Source of the DNA: Eledone cirrhosa
Taxonomy: Eukaryota
DNA: 64,000 bases
Reading direction: 5' to 3'
Assembly (NCBI GenBank): GCA_964016885.1
Contig: OZ024741.1
Span: forward strand, 14,260,001 to 14,324,000
In this document: positions 1 through 10,871 of the stretch, piece after piece
Position numbering within the stretch: position 1 is the first letter of the stretch
Layout of the letters: every line of letters starts with the position of its first letter
Notes under the pieces: model-generated
Databases searched by the model: none
What the model saw: the letters and a program-made list of their open reading frames with translations, nothing else
What the model was told of the DNA's origin: nothing
Program-made: the position numbers and the translations under genes

Positions 1-1441
1 TGTCAATGTTTCGGAGAGGGGAGGCGCAGATTTATTTTTGTTTGTTGAGGGTGGGGTGTTTTTGATTGAAGTTGGTGTTTGTGTGTGGGTTATTTGTGGT
101 GTGCTGGGTGTGTGTTTTCTTTTTTTTCTTTTAACTTGTCTGAAGGCTTCTCCTCCTTCTTCTTCAGAAGTTGGGGGAAACTCTTCAGCGCTAGGTGGGA
201 GGGACGTGTTGTGTGGTTGTTTTTTTTTTGCGGGAGGGGTAGATTTGTTACTGTTTTTTTTATTATTTGTTTGGAATGGGTTTTGTGGTGGTGGTGGTGC
301 TGTTTGTGTCGTGCTTGTGGTTGGTGATGGTGGTGGTGATGTTTGTGTTGTGGTTGGTGGTAGTGATTTTTGTGTCGTGCTTGTGTTTGGTGCTGGTGGT
401 GGTGATGTTTGTGTTGTGTTTGTGGTTGGTGGTGTCTGTATTTTGTTTGCTGTGTGTGGTATTAGTGTATTTTTGGAGGTGGGTGGTGTTGGTGTACTGT
501 TTGTGGTGGGTGTGGGCAATAGTCCTTTTTGGGGGATACGTTTCGGGCAGTTAGCCTTAACGTGTCCCCTTTCCATGCATAAATAGCATGCTGGTCTTCT
601 CCCCTCTACAATTATGTCTATTGGGGTAAGGTCATCCAGCCAGATGCGATCTGGGATTTGTGCTATTCTTTCGGGCCTCATTTGGACTAGTATGTCGAGG
701 CCCATTCCCAGGAACGCATCTCCAGTTGCCTTCCCCATTGACAGCATTGTGTCTTCGCCCATGTCTATGAAGCCAGCAATAGCCCACCAGAAGTCCATTG
801 TGGGCAGCATTGTTTTTACTTTTACTCTCTGTGTTCTTCTACCCATGTAGGAGGGATAGAAGCTGTATGTTGTCGATGAGTGGGCTTAGGGAAAGCTTCT
901 CCGCCGTTTCCTTGTCTCTTGTTAGGACCGAAATGCTGCCATAGAGTCGGTCTTTTCGTATGAAGAGAATATTCTTCATATAGTCTTTTAGGACCAACTC
1001 TATTTCCATTTGGCTGGGCTGTGCTGGCTTTCTTGTCTGGTTCAGTATAGTTCTGAAGAGAACTGTGCTTTCTGTTCTGGCTTTCTTGAATTCTGGGGGG
1101 GAGTTAATGGAAAACATTCCGTTCTCCCCCAAGACTATTTGTTTTTTCGCTTCGGCCAGTTTTTCTCTGGCGGCAGTTAAGTCAATTGGTGTGTATGTAA
1201 TGGATTGTTTTGTTTTCTGGGCGAAAGTTGCCCTGTTGTTATTTGTATTATTTTCTGTTTGTTTGTTTTCCGTTTGCTCATTTTCCTTAACATTTGTTTT
1301 TTCATTTTCCTTGTTTGTTTCGTTGTCTAATTTTGTTGTAATTATTTTTTGTTCTTCAGACTTGGGGGGCGTGGCAGAGCTAATGGCAGACATGTCTGCC
1401 ATTTTTTCCGCCATGCTGCCAAGAAAGAAATTTTTCGGCAA
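1..1441 (-). pseudogene. Gag-like ORF1 of Tx1 copy A, frameshifted near 850
   Basis: CCHC knuckle followed by a Thr/Pro/Gln-rich tail, collinear with the other ORF1 copies. Confidence 0.8.
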
Positions 1442-1619
1442 AAAAATAGATATTTATTTTACCCCCTAAAAAGGGGGTAAATGCAAAAATGTTTCCCTAA
1501 ATAACAGGGGTTAGTGTTCCAAATGTGTTGCACTGAAAAATTTATCCGGTACTTACAATAGTAAGGGTAAATCCTGATGCAATAGCGGAGCCGATGTGAA
1601 GCGTGTCTTACTCTATCAA
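1..1619 (-). mobile_element. Tx1-like non-LTR retrotransposon copy A: 5' UTR and ORF1, runs off the window edge
   Basis: ORF 839-1441 and downstream frames are homologous to ORF1 of copies C and F (FSINSPP, TVLFRTI, LYGSISV). Zinc knuckle VEGRRPACYLCMERGHVKANC (CX2CX4HX4C) at ~545-610. The 5' end abuts (GATA)n at 1620. Confidence 0.85.
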
Positions 1620-1714
1620 GATAGATAGATAGATATATATATATAGAGAGAGAGAGAGAGAGGAGATATAGAGGAAGAATCGACCCCAGTACTAGACTGG
1701 TACATTTTTAATCG

Positions 1715-1868
1715 ACCTCTCTCTCTTTCTGTCTCTCTCTCTCTATCTCACACACACACACACGCACACACACTCTCTCTCTCCCTCTCTCTCACACACA
1801 CACACACACACTCTCTCTCTCTCACACACACACACTCTCTCTCTCTCTCTCCCTCTCTCTCACACACA

Positions 1869-1917
<49 letters not shown>

Positions 1918-2036
1918 TCTCTCTCTCTCCCTCTCTCTCACACACACACTCTCTCTCTCTCTCTCTCTCTCACACACACTCTCTCTCTCTCTCACACACA
2001 CACATACACTCTCTCTCTCTCACACACACACACACA
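1715..2036. repeat. Compound (CT)n/(CA)n microsatellite
   Basis: Read directly from the sequence. Confidence 0.95.
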
Positions 2037-2349
2037 AGAGACCGGTGTAAACCTGAAGGAGTGCTATGTTTCTGTACGCCGCCAAGTAATAATATACTGA
2101 GTATTATTAGAGCGTGTTATTTATTGAATCAATTTAAACGTGTGTATAGAGCTGGTAATTCATGACAGAGCGAACAATGTATCTTTTTAATAAGATACAT
2201 ACATGTATCTTATTAATAAGAAATTAAACGGCGATGGATTGTCAAAATCAGTAGAGCGTTTCTCTTGTTGAATCTTTCCGTAGCTCCCATATATTGGAAG
2301 ATCCAGTTTATTGTTGGTAGATCCTTAAGAATATATTGTACCCCCATTG

Positions 2350-2692
2350 TTGGGTGCTATACGAGAATGCTGCTGAGGATGGCTCTGAACATTAATCAGT
2401 ATACACTGAGGATGAAGAACTCAGGGCTGTACAGGAGCCTCGAAAGTGACACAGAGGAGACTGAGGTTAGCTGGACATGCTCACCAACATCCAGAGTTCA
2501 CACTGCACTCAGTGCTCCTGTGGGAGCCCCTACATGGACACACTGGAAGAGTAAGACCAAGGTTAACGTATGTTGATGCCCTAAGGACAGACACTGGTCT
2601 GTTGGAGACGCAAGACATGGCAGCGATAATGAAGGACAAAGACCGCTGGAGAGAACTCGTCCATGGATCTCGGGAATTTTACCCGCCCTAGA
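2350..2692 (+). mobile_element. RTE-clade LINE 3' fragment
   Basis: CYTRMLLRMALNI ... RRLRLAGH ... LLWEP ... RPRLTYVDAL ... DRWRELV is the typical RTE C-terminus; frameshifted. Confidence 0.75.
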
Positions 2693-3214
2693 TAGATTTT
2701 TGGTGTTTTTTTTTAAAACCTACTTCACGACGCCCCCATTCTCAGAATCTTTCTGTAGCTCCCATGTATTGGAAGATCCTGTTTATTGTTGGGAGATCTT
2801 TAACAATAGGTTGCACCTCTGCTTCAAAATGTCCTCATTCTCAGGCTGATAGTTTTTACATTGGAACAAATAGTGCCATGAGATATAGTGGATAGTTTCC
2901 TCAAGACTATCGATGTTTTCACAAATATATGTATGATATATTATTGTCTTTCTGTAGAATAAACGAAGCAAATACTTCTGGCATCTCGACATTGACCAAA
3001 CGATGTGTGGCCGATTGTGGCACTTGCTGGTGAATTGATGGTTGTTAGTGTTTGTTTGTTTTTTCCTTTTCTCTTGCTTTGATTATATATTTTGGTGTGT
3101 TATATTTGTGAGGTTCCTAGCAATAATTCACTGTATTTATATTTATATTTCCATTTTTTAAAGAACTATAAACAATTTGTAATGTAACATTGGAGAGGGA
3201 GAGAGAGAGTGACG

Positions 3215-3493
3215 GTAGATGGGTTGACTGATGAAATGACAAGTCAGTCAATCATATTGGTGGCCTCCCCACAGCCCCCCCCCCCCCCGGCGGACAGAAT
3301 GGAGAAGGCGTTTCCCCGGAGGACGGCAAGGGAGACAAGCTGGAAAAGCCATTCCAACTCGCGAGGCTCACACCTGCGGCTGGCCAGCTCAGCGTCTATG
3401 GTGGTGAGTAGGGAGGTAGCCCTAGGGCCGAGGACACCAGAAGTCTCCACTGCCAAGGGTACGACCGCAAACCTGTCGGAGAGCGACCGGTAA
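3215..3493 (-). mobile_element. CRE-clade (restriction-like endonuclease) non-LTR element, 3' fragment
   Basis: FAVVPLAVETSGVLG ... LFQLVSLAVLRGNAFSIL matches the CRE C-terminal motif. Homologous to 62210-62555. Confidence 0.75.
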
Positions 3494-3887
3494 TGTTATT
3501 TATACAACTGTGAACTTCGGAAAATGAAATCATATACGATAAATTAATTAATCGAGTTGTTCTCCGTTCTGTATTGCAAATCAGAGCTGAACTTAGGCCT
3601 TGGGGTGCTCGGGCACTTCAATTTTGGGGGACTTTTACGTTAATTTCATGTACGGATTGTTCCATTAATCGAACAACCGGAACACTCATCGCAGAAAGGG
3701 AGGGAGATCCATCTCTTCCTTTAACTACCCACTGCCCTAATACTGAAACATCGAATGTAGTCGAGATTAGGGCCTTAAAGGTATTGACTGGCTGGAACTA
3801 TTTTCTGGGGAGGACTTCTGACTCCAACAAAGTAAAAGAAAAGACACAAACAATTGTATCACTCCGCAACTACTTATATTCAAAACA

Positions 3888-3989
3888 TCTCACACACAGA
3901 CACACCCACATACAAACGCATACACACATACTCACACAGACTCACACACACAGACACACACACAGACACACACACAGACACACACATAT

Positions 3990-4040
<51 letters not shown>

Positions 4041-4345
4041 CAGACACCCCCATACCCACACCCACAGACACACACTCATCACACACACACACACAGTCAC
4101 ACACACAGCAATGACCAGACACACACACAGACACACACACAAATATATATATAACCCTTCCCCAATAGTTCTCTAATTCTATTCAAACACACCTTTATCC
4201 CCTCACACAACAATGGCCACACACACACATACACACACACAGACCAAACACAAACACACACACACACACACACATACGCACACACAGACCAGACACACAC
4301 ATACACACACACACACACACATACGCACACATACACACACAGCAA
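3888..4345. repeat. Degenerate (CA)n microsatellite
   Basis: Read directly from the sequence. Confidence 0.9.
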
Positions 4346-5022
4346 TGACCATATATAATATATATAACAAACAATATAAAAGCAAATGACATCGTTTATT
4401 CAAAAACGATCGGCTGTTAATTGTTGTCATTAAAATAGGGGAGGGGGTGAAGGAGAAGAGGAAGGAGTTAAAGAAGGGGGCGAGTGGGGGAGGGTGGGGA
4501 GAAAAGGAAGGAGTTAAAGAAGGGGGATGAGGGGGAGAAAGGTGGGGCAGGGAGAGATTGGGGAGGGGGATGAGTTAAAGAAGAGGGACGAGGGGGAGAA
4601 GGAGACGGCGAAGAAGAAGGGGAGGAGAAGAAGAAGAAGAGGAAGAAGGAGAAGAAGGGGAGGAGAAGAAGGGGAGGAGAAGAAGGGGAGGAGAAGAAGA
4701 AAGGGAGGAGGAAGAGAAGAAGAAGCTATAGGAATGGAGGTCCTGAAAGTAAGACATAATGAAATAAAGGTTGAAAGAAGGGTGTGAAAGGGGTGGACGG
4801 ACCACAAGCGTATTTGGTTTCCAACAGCGTGAAATACCCCACTTCTCCTCACTCCTCACTTCTCCCTACTCCTGTAATCTGCTGTGTACCCTCCCTGTCG
4901 CCACCCCTGAAGGGATCGTCTGTCAACAAGGTTAAAGGAGGAGACGACAAAGGAAATAATAGAAGATTAGAAAAAATGGAAGTCGTTGACAAGTGAGAAG
5001 TTTAAAGGTGATAAATCAGTTG

Positions 5023-5751
5023 AGCAGCAGCAGCAGCAGCAGCAGTAGCAACAGGAGCAGCAGCAGCAGTAGCAACAGCAACAACAACAACAACAACAGA
5101 AGCGGCAACAACAACAACGACAGCAACAACAAAACAGAAGCAGCAACAACAGAAGCAGCAACAACAACAACGACAGCAACAAGAACAATGACAACAACAA
5201 CAGCAACAACAGAAGCAGCAACAACAACAACAGCAACAGCAACAACAACAACAACAGCAACAACAACAACAACGACAGCAACAAGAACAACAAGAACAAC
5301 AACAACGACAGTAACAACAACAACAACAAAAACAAAAGCAACAACAGCAACAGCAACAACAACGGAAGCAGCAACAGCAGCAGAAACAACAACAACAGAA
5401 GCAGCAACAACAGCAACAACAACAACAACAACAACAGCAACAACAACAACAACAGAGGCAGCAACAGCAACAACAACAACAGCAACAACAACAACAACAG
5501 AAACAGCAGCAACAACAACAACAGAAGCAGCAGCAGCAACAACAACAACAGAAGCAGCAACAACAACAACAACAACAACAGAAGCAAAAACAACAACAAC
5601 AACAGCAACAGCAACAGCAACAACAACGGAAGCAGCAACAACAACAACAACAACAGCAACAGCAACAACAACAACAACAACAACAGAAGCAGCAACAACA
5701 ACAACAACAGCAGCAGCAGCAGCAGGAGCAGCAGCAACAGCAGCAGTAACA
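5023..5751. repeat. (CAA/CAG)n trinucleotide tract, ~730 bp
   Basis: Read directly; explains the poly-T/L/V/C ORFs in the track. Confidence 0.95.
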
Positions 5752-5841
5752 GGGGGGGGGGGGGAATAGATTGACAGGGAGAGACGCAGAGAAAGAGGAG
5801 TGAGAGATTGATAGACAGATAGATATAGAGACAGACAGATA

Positions 5842-6918
5842 CATTTCTTTATTAACCACAAGGGCACAAAAGAAGGGGACAAATACAAATGGGGAGTTTA
5901 CATACAGGTATATGAAAATAAAACTATTAATAAAATAACAAATAACAATTGATATCCCCAATAGGGGGGAGGTGTTACACAGGGGTTGTACACACCCCGA
6001 AAAAATCTACAACCCTCATCTCCAGGAGCACCAAGAGTGAGTACTCCCTTCCTCTCCTCAATCTACAGGCTTATATAGAGAGAAGGCCCAACCACTCGGG
6101 CCATCTTTGCCACATTCACCCACCTTTTATAAAATTTGGTAGGGTACAGCACCTCTCTCTCCATCCTGATTCTTCTTCCAAAGTGGTATTTGAAAAAACG
6201 AATCAGTTGCTCGCCGGAGAGAAAGGTGTCTGACCTCAGCCCTTTTAACCTCGTCCACCATATAACCTCTTTCTCCATAGCCATAAAACATAGGAAAACC
6301 GCCTCTCCCTCGTTTTTGAAGGAGGGTGGCGGTTTGATCATGACAATGGACTCGGTGGTCAACTGGATTGGTCCCACCTGCGACAATAGTCGTTCTACAT
6401 AGCCCCAGAGGTCGGTAACGCCCGGGCAGTGTATGAATGCGTGCGCGACGGTTTCCTCGTCGCGCACGCATCTCTGACAGATCTTTTTCGAAGGGTCTCT
6501 ATCTGGGTGCCCGTGTCTGTAGAGCTTGTCTCGAACTGGTAGAGCTCCTCGGTAGCACTGCCAGGCCAGGGACTTTTGGAAGTTGTCCATTGGTCCCGGG
6601 CGGAAGGTCCTACCGAACAGACTGGCCAGTTTGTCCTCCTCTACGCCTAGAGTTTCTCCGAGCGTGTCGTCGCACTTGCTGCGGACCAACCCTCTATAGA
6701 ATGTCGAAGTGGAGTCTCCACTGATCGCCGGGTCCACCTGCCAGAGGACTGTGAGCGCCTGAGCACATTCGATGTGCCAGTCGCCCATTTTCCTCGGTCT
6801 TTGCTTGACCCAGGACTGCAGCTCGGTCAGCGAGACGAGTCGTGGGAAGGCTCGCCTCACGAACTGGGCCCACACCGGTTGTCTGATGAGGAATACGTGG
6901 AGGTGCCGCAGCCTGAGC
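5842..6918 (-). mobile_element. Tx1-like copy B, 5'-truncated (ORF2 C-terminus + 3' UTR)
   Basis: ORF 6063-6875 has the zf-RVT-type CQRC..ETVAHAFIHC motif and is homologous to the end of 16103-18424. AATAAA at the 3' end; GATA/GACA repeats at both junctions. Confidence 0.9.
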
Positions 6919-7332
6919 TAGATAGATAGATAATAAATAAATAAATAGATTGAGAGAGAGACAGAAAGAGTGGGGAGAGGAGAGATAGAGAGAGAGAGAG
7001 AGAAAGGGAAAGAGAACAAGAGTGAGATAGATAGAGCGAGGAATAGGCACAGAGAGAGATAGACAGAGAGATAGATACATAGAGAGAGGGTAGAGTAGAA
7101 GTACTACGTAAAAAGGAAGGGAGAAGGTTCAGCAAGAGTATGAAGAGGGTAGGGTAGGAGGTAGTGTTAAAAAGGAGGGCGAGGAGGTAGAAAAGTGAGT
7201 TAAGGTAGGAGTAGTAGAAAGAAAGGTAGAAAGAAAGGTAAGAAGATGAGAGAGGGGTAGAGAGATAAAGAGAAAGGAACAGAAATAGGTGGTAGAGTAA
7301 GGGAGGAGGTTAAGTAGGAGTATAAAGAGGAA

Positions 7333-7652
7333 GGGGAGGTAATAGCTCTAAAAGGAGGTAGAGGTAGTCAGGGGAGGTAATAGCTTTAAACGAAGGTGGA
7401 GGTGGTAAGGGGAGGTAATAGCTCTAAAAGGAGGTAGAGGTATTGAGGGGGAGGTAATAGCTCTAAACGGAGGTGGAGGTAGTCAGGGGAGGTAATAGCT
7501 CTAAAAGGAGGTAAAGGTAGTGAGGGGGAGGTAATAGCTCTAAACGGTGGTGGAGGTAGTCAGGGGAGGTAATAGCTATAAAGAAGAAGGTAGAGGTAGT
7601 GAGGGGAGGTAATAGCTATAAAAGGAGGTGGAGGTGGTAAGGGGAGGTAATA
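7333..7652 (+). repeat. ~38-bp purine-rich minisatellite, ~8 copies
   Basis: Unit ggggaggtaatagctctaaaaggaggtagaggtagtca. Confidence 0.9.
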
Positions 7653-7844
7653 TGTTTACACTCTACACCTGTTCCAGAGAACAACAGAAGTGTTTATCTC
7701 AATCAGGCCTTTCTACATTTCATTCTCCAGCAGATCTTTATTTCAGAACAGACACACACATATATATAGACATACATACACACATATATATATAGACATA
7801 TAGACACACATATAGACACACACACACACACACATACATACATA

Positions 7845-8080
7845 CATGGTGGCTGCCAACTCGTTTTCGAGTACGGCCACTACTTTATATCCATGTAGGA
7901 GAACCCCTACCGATGCGCTGAACGAGTGTGACTTTTTAGCCGAGTCAGCGACTTGAAAACTCTGGTACAAACACTACACTTGTGACAATTATTGACACAT
8001 AATGACTGGGCCCATGGACCATGTGACGACAAGTGCAGAGAGATCTCCAGATATAAAGCAATGCTGTGCCGTGAAGCTTT
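7845..8080 (-). mobile_element. RTE-like LINE 3' end
   Basis: HKCSVCTRVFKSLTRLKSHTRSAH C2H2-like C-terminus, short 3' UTR with a stem-loop (ctcgaaaacgag) and an (ATGT)n tail. Confidence 0.6.
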
Positions 8081-8254
8081 TATAGTGAGCAAAGGCACTG
8101 CACAAAGCCAGTCCCACTCTCTTAACCAATATGATATTTACCAAAAAGAAGAACAAGTCAACATCATTGGATACCATCAGGGTTGCAGTGTTATATCAGA
8201 GTTTTCCTTCTCCTAGAATTCTGCCTTAACAAAGGCTAAGGGTCATCTCTCCCG

Positions 8255-8418
8255 GTGATTTTGGATGGCCATTGACTCTTAAGAGCTCCTTTGCCCTTTG
8301 ACAGGGTTTGTTTTAGTCCTGCAGGATATCCAAAGTCACCCTCTTCACCAAGAAACCTTAGTGGGTTGCCAGTTTAGTCGCCAACGACCCGACTATGGGA
8401 CAGGCTGTACTGGAATAC
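8255..8418. repeat. Dispersed repeat shared with 63495-63690, possibly a LINE 5' UTR on the minus strand
   Basis: Visible alignment, e.g. gggttgccagtttagtcg and tgtactgg in both copies. Confidence 0.7.
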
Positions 8419-8439
8419 AATATATATATATATATATGT

Positions 8440-8980
8440 TTGTACGTATACATATATGTATGTACGTATACATACATACTTACATTTAAGTAAGTGCCGT
8501 ACTAAGAGTGAGAATGAAATTTCGATTCATTCTGTTCCATTTATCGTATTCGGTGCGCCTGGCCGACTGAACTCACTCGATATGCAAATTAGGCTGCTCG
8601 GCCGTTAATTTTCATAAGGAAAGTATATACGTTCGGACGTTCAACCATCTGGCAGAAAGGTATACGGTGCTGACGATAGCTAATAAGCTTGAAACTAGTA
8701 CATCGTTCCTTGTCAGTGTTGAACAAAAAGGTGACGTGGTTGCCTAAACACTGTATGTATAATTCGGGCTGTTTGTTTGTTTACAAACGAACAAACCGAG
8801 CATTATAATAAATGTTCGGTAAACTGATACGTGCATATATATATGTGTGCCTGTATGTATATATATACTTGCTACTGTACGTCTATATACATATATGTAT
8901 GTACGTGTACATACATACTTACAATTAAGTAAGTGCCGTACTAAGAGTGAGAAATGAAATTTCGTTTCATTCTGTTCCAA
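8440..8980 (+). mobile_element. Non-autonomous hammerhead-containing element (retrozyme-like or Penelope-derived), 439-bp unit with ~100-bp terminal redundancy
   Basis: ccgtactaagagtgaga at 8497 and 8936; central hammerhead; flanked by (TA)n; second copy at 27135-27710. Confidence 0.7.
8665..8705 (+). ncRNA. Minimal type I hammerhead ribozyme
   Basis: CGGTG-CTGACGA-tAGC taataa GCTt-GAA-ACTAGT-A-CATCG: stem I CGGTG/CATCG, intact core, palindromic stem III, GUA cleavage triplet. Confidence 0.75.
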
Positions 8981-9076
8981 TATATATATATATAGACACA
9001 TATATAGACATACACACACACACACATATATAATATATATATATATAGACACATATATAGACACATATATAGACAT

Positions 9077-9112
<36 letters not shown>

Positions 9113-9312
9113 NNNNNNNNNNNNNNNNNNNNNNNNNNNNNNNNNNNNNNNNNNNNNNNNNNNNNNNNNNNNNNNNNNNNNNNNNNNNNNNNNNNNNNNN
9201 NNNNNNNNNNNNNNNNNNNNNNNNNNNNNNNNNNNNNNNNNNNNNNNNNNNNNNNNNNNNNNNNNNNNNNNNNNNNNNNNNNNNNNNNNNNNNNNNNNNN
9301 NNNNNNNNNNNN
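9113..9312. other. Assembly gap (200 N)
   Basis: Run of N. Confidence 1.
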
Positions 9313-10831
9313 GACAAAATATCATTTGCGCAAACCGTAAAGAAAACGGTAAGCTACACTCCGGTAGATATTTCAAATGCAAATGAGCTTTTGAATAACG
9401 CCAGACAATATGTAACTTTTGAGGAGAACGGATCATTCTCCATAAACTCTCCCCCAGATTTGCGAAGAGAAGCTGCCTTGAAAACTGTGATTTTCAGGAC
9501 AATCTCAAACAAAACACGAAAACCGACTCAACTTTCACAAGGCGAAATTGAGTTGGCTTTAAAAAATGCCTTAAAAGACATTGCTTTTATTCAGAAGGGT
9601 AGACTCTACGGGAGTTTATCCATTCTAATGAAAGACCAATTGACGGCACATAAATATTCTGTGTCGCCAATTATGTCACCGCTGTTCACCTTTTTCCCCC
9701 ACTTACATGGAGAAAAGGACAGAAAATAAAAATCCAAAGTATCACACCAAATATTGACATTTGGTGGGTACTACGTGGATTTTTAAACCACGAAACAGAC
9801 TATATAATATCGGTAGGTAAGTCCTCCGGCGACCTGTTCAGCGGAACTAGCCTGGAAGTTCTGGTCCAAATGACACCAGAACGAATAGCTAGGATCCCAG
9901 AACGTGTGTTGCTGGATGGGCTTATATACATACAAATTTCGGTCGAGGGTAGGCGACCCTCATGTTACCACTGCTCAAGAAGGAGTCACCTGAGAGCTTC
10001 CTGTCCTCGGCTAACTAGCCAAAAGATGGCACTACTGCCAACACCTGCAACACCAGCACAACAATCACAACCACCACCACCACAACAACAACAACATAAA
10101 AAAATAGTGACAACAAAACAAACGACTAACACAGTCCCACCCAACCCCTCCCCATCTAAAACAACTCCAGAAGCTCCCACACACATAACAGCTCCCCAAA
10201 ACGTACCCCTCCCCCAAAACACGGATGAGGCCTCATCATCGTCATCCAGTGACGACGAGGGAGAGCCTTTCACTTTCCGACCAGTAAAAAGAAAAAAGAA
10301 AAGACATAACACAAACAAAAATGCAACAAACACACAAACACCAACACAAGTGACGCAAACAGCACAAACAAAAACACCCCCTCCTGAAAACAAAACACCT
10401 ACTACAAAACGTAAACACACACAAGAATCACAGACAAAAAGCAACCCAACACAACAAGAATGTTACACCTACATAAATACTAACAATAAAACTTTAACAG
10501 ACACCATATATAAAAACCCTTCGGTGGAGACCGAAGGGAAAACTTTTACACACTCTGCGGAGAATCCTAATCTTAAAATGATTAGGACCTCCATGGACAC
10601 ACATAAACAGTTAAAAGAAAAATTTCCTAACGACGTAGGTAACCCCTGCGTCAAACCCTACAATCGAGTCCTGTTAAAATGTTTCCCCACCCCACCCCCA
10701 TCCCACAATACACCCCCTCCCCACCAAACATCTCTCTCCCCACCCCTCCAGAGACCACCACCCCACCAAACAACCCCTCCAACACCCCCATGGAAATTGT
10801 GCAGCCTGGTCCCCAGGGAACGAAGAGGTGA
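9313..10831 (+). pseudogene. Gag-like ORF1 of copy C
   Basis: ORFs 9391-9729 and 9870-10835 are frameshifted pieces homologous to ORF1 of copy F. Confidence 0.8.
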
Positions 10832-10871
10832 GTGATTTCTTTTCCACTTCTGTTAACTTTTCAGCACCAAC

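Noticed and set aside
3560-3840. Possible host exon (N-terminal half of ORF 3574-4176)
   Set aside because: No recognisable domain, no convincing donor and no partner exons; cannot be supported without expression data.
4967-5961. Long poly-Leu/Thr/Cys/Val ORFs (mucin-like appearance)
   Set aside because: They are readings of a (CAA/CAG)n tract, open in several frames on both strands, with no splice or domain evidence.
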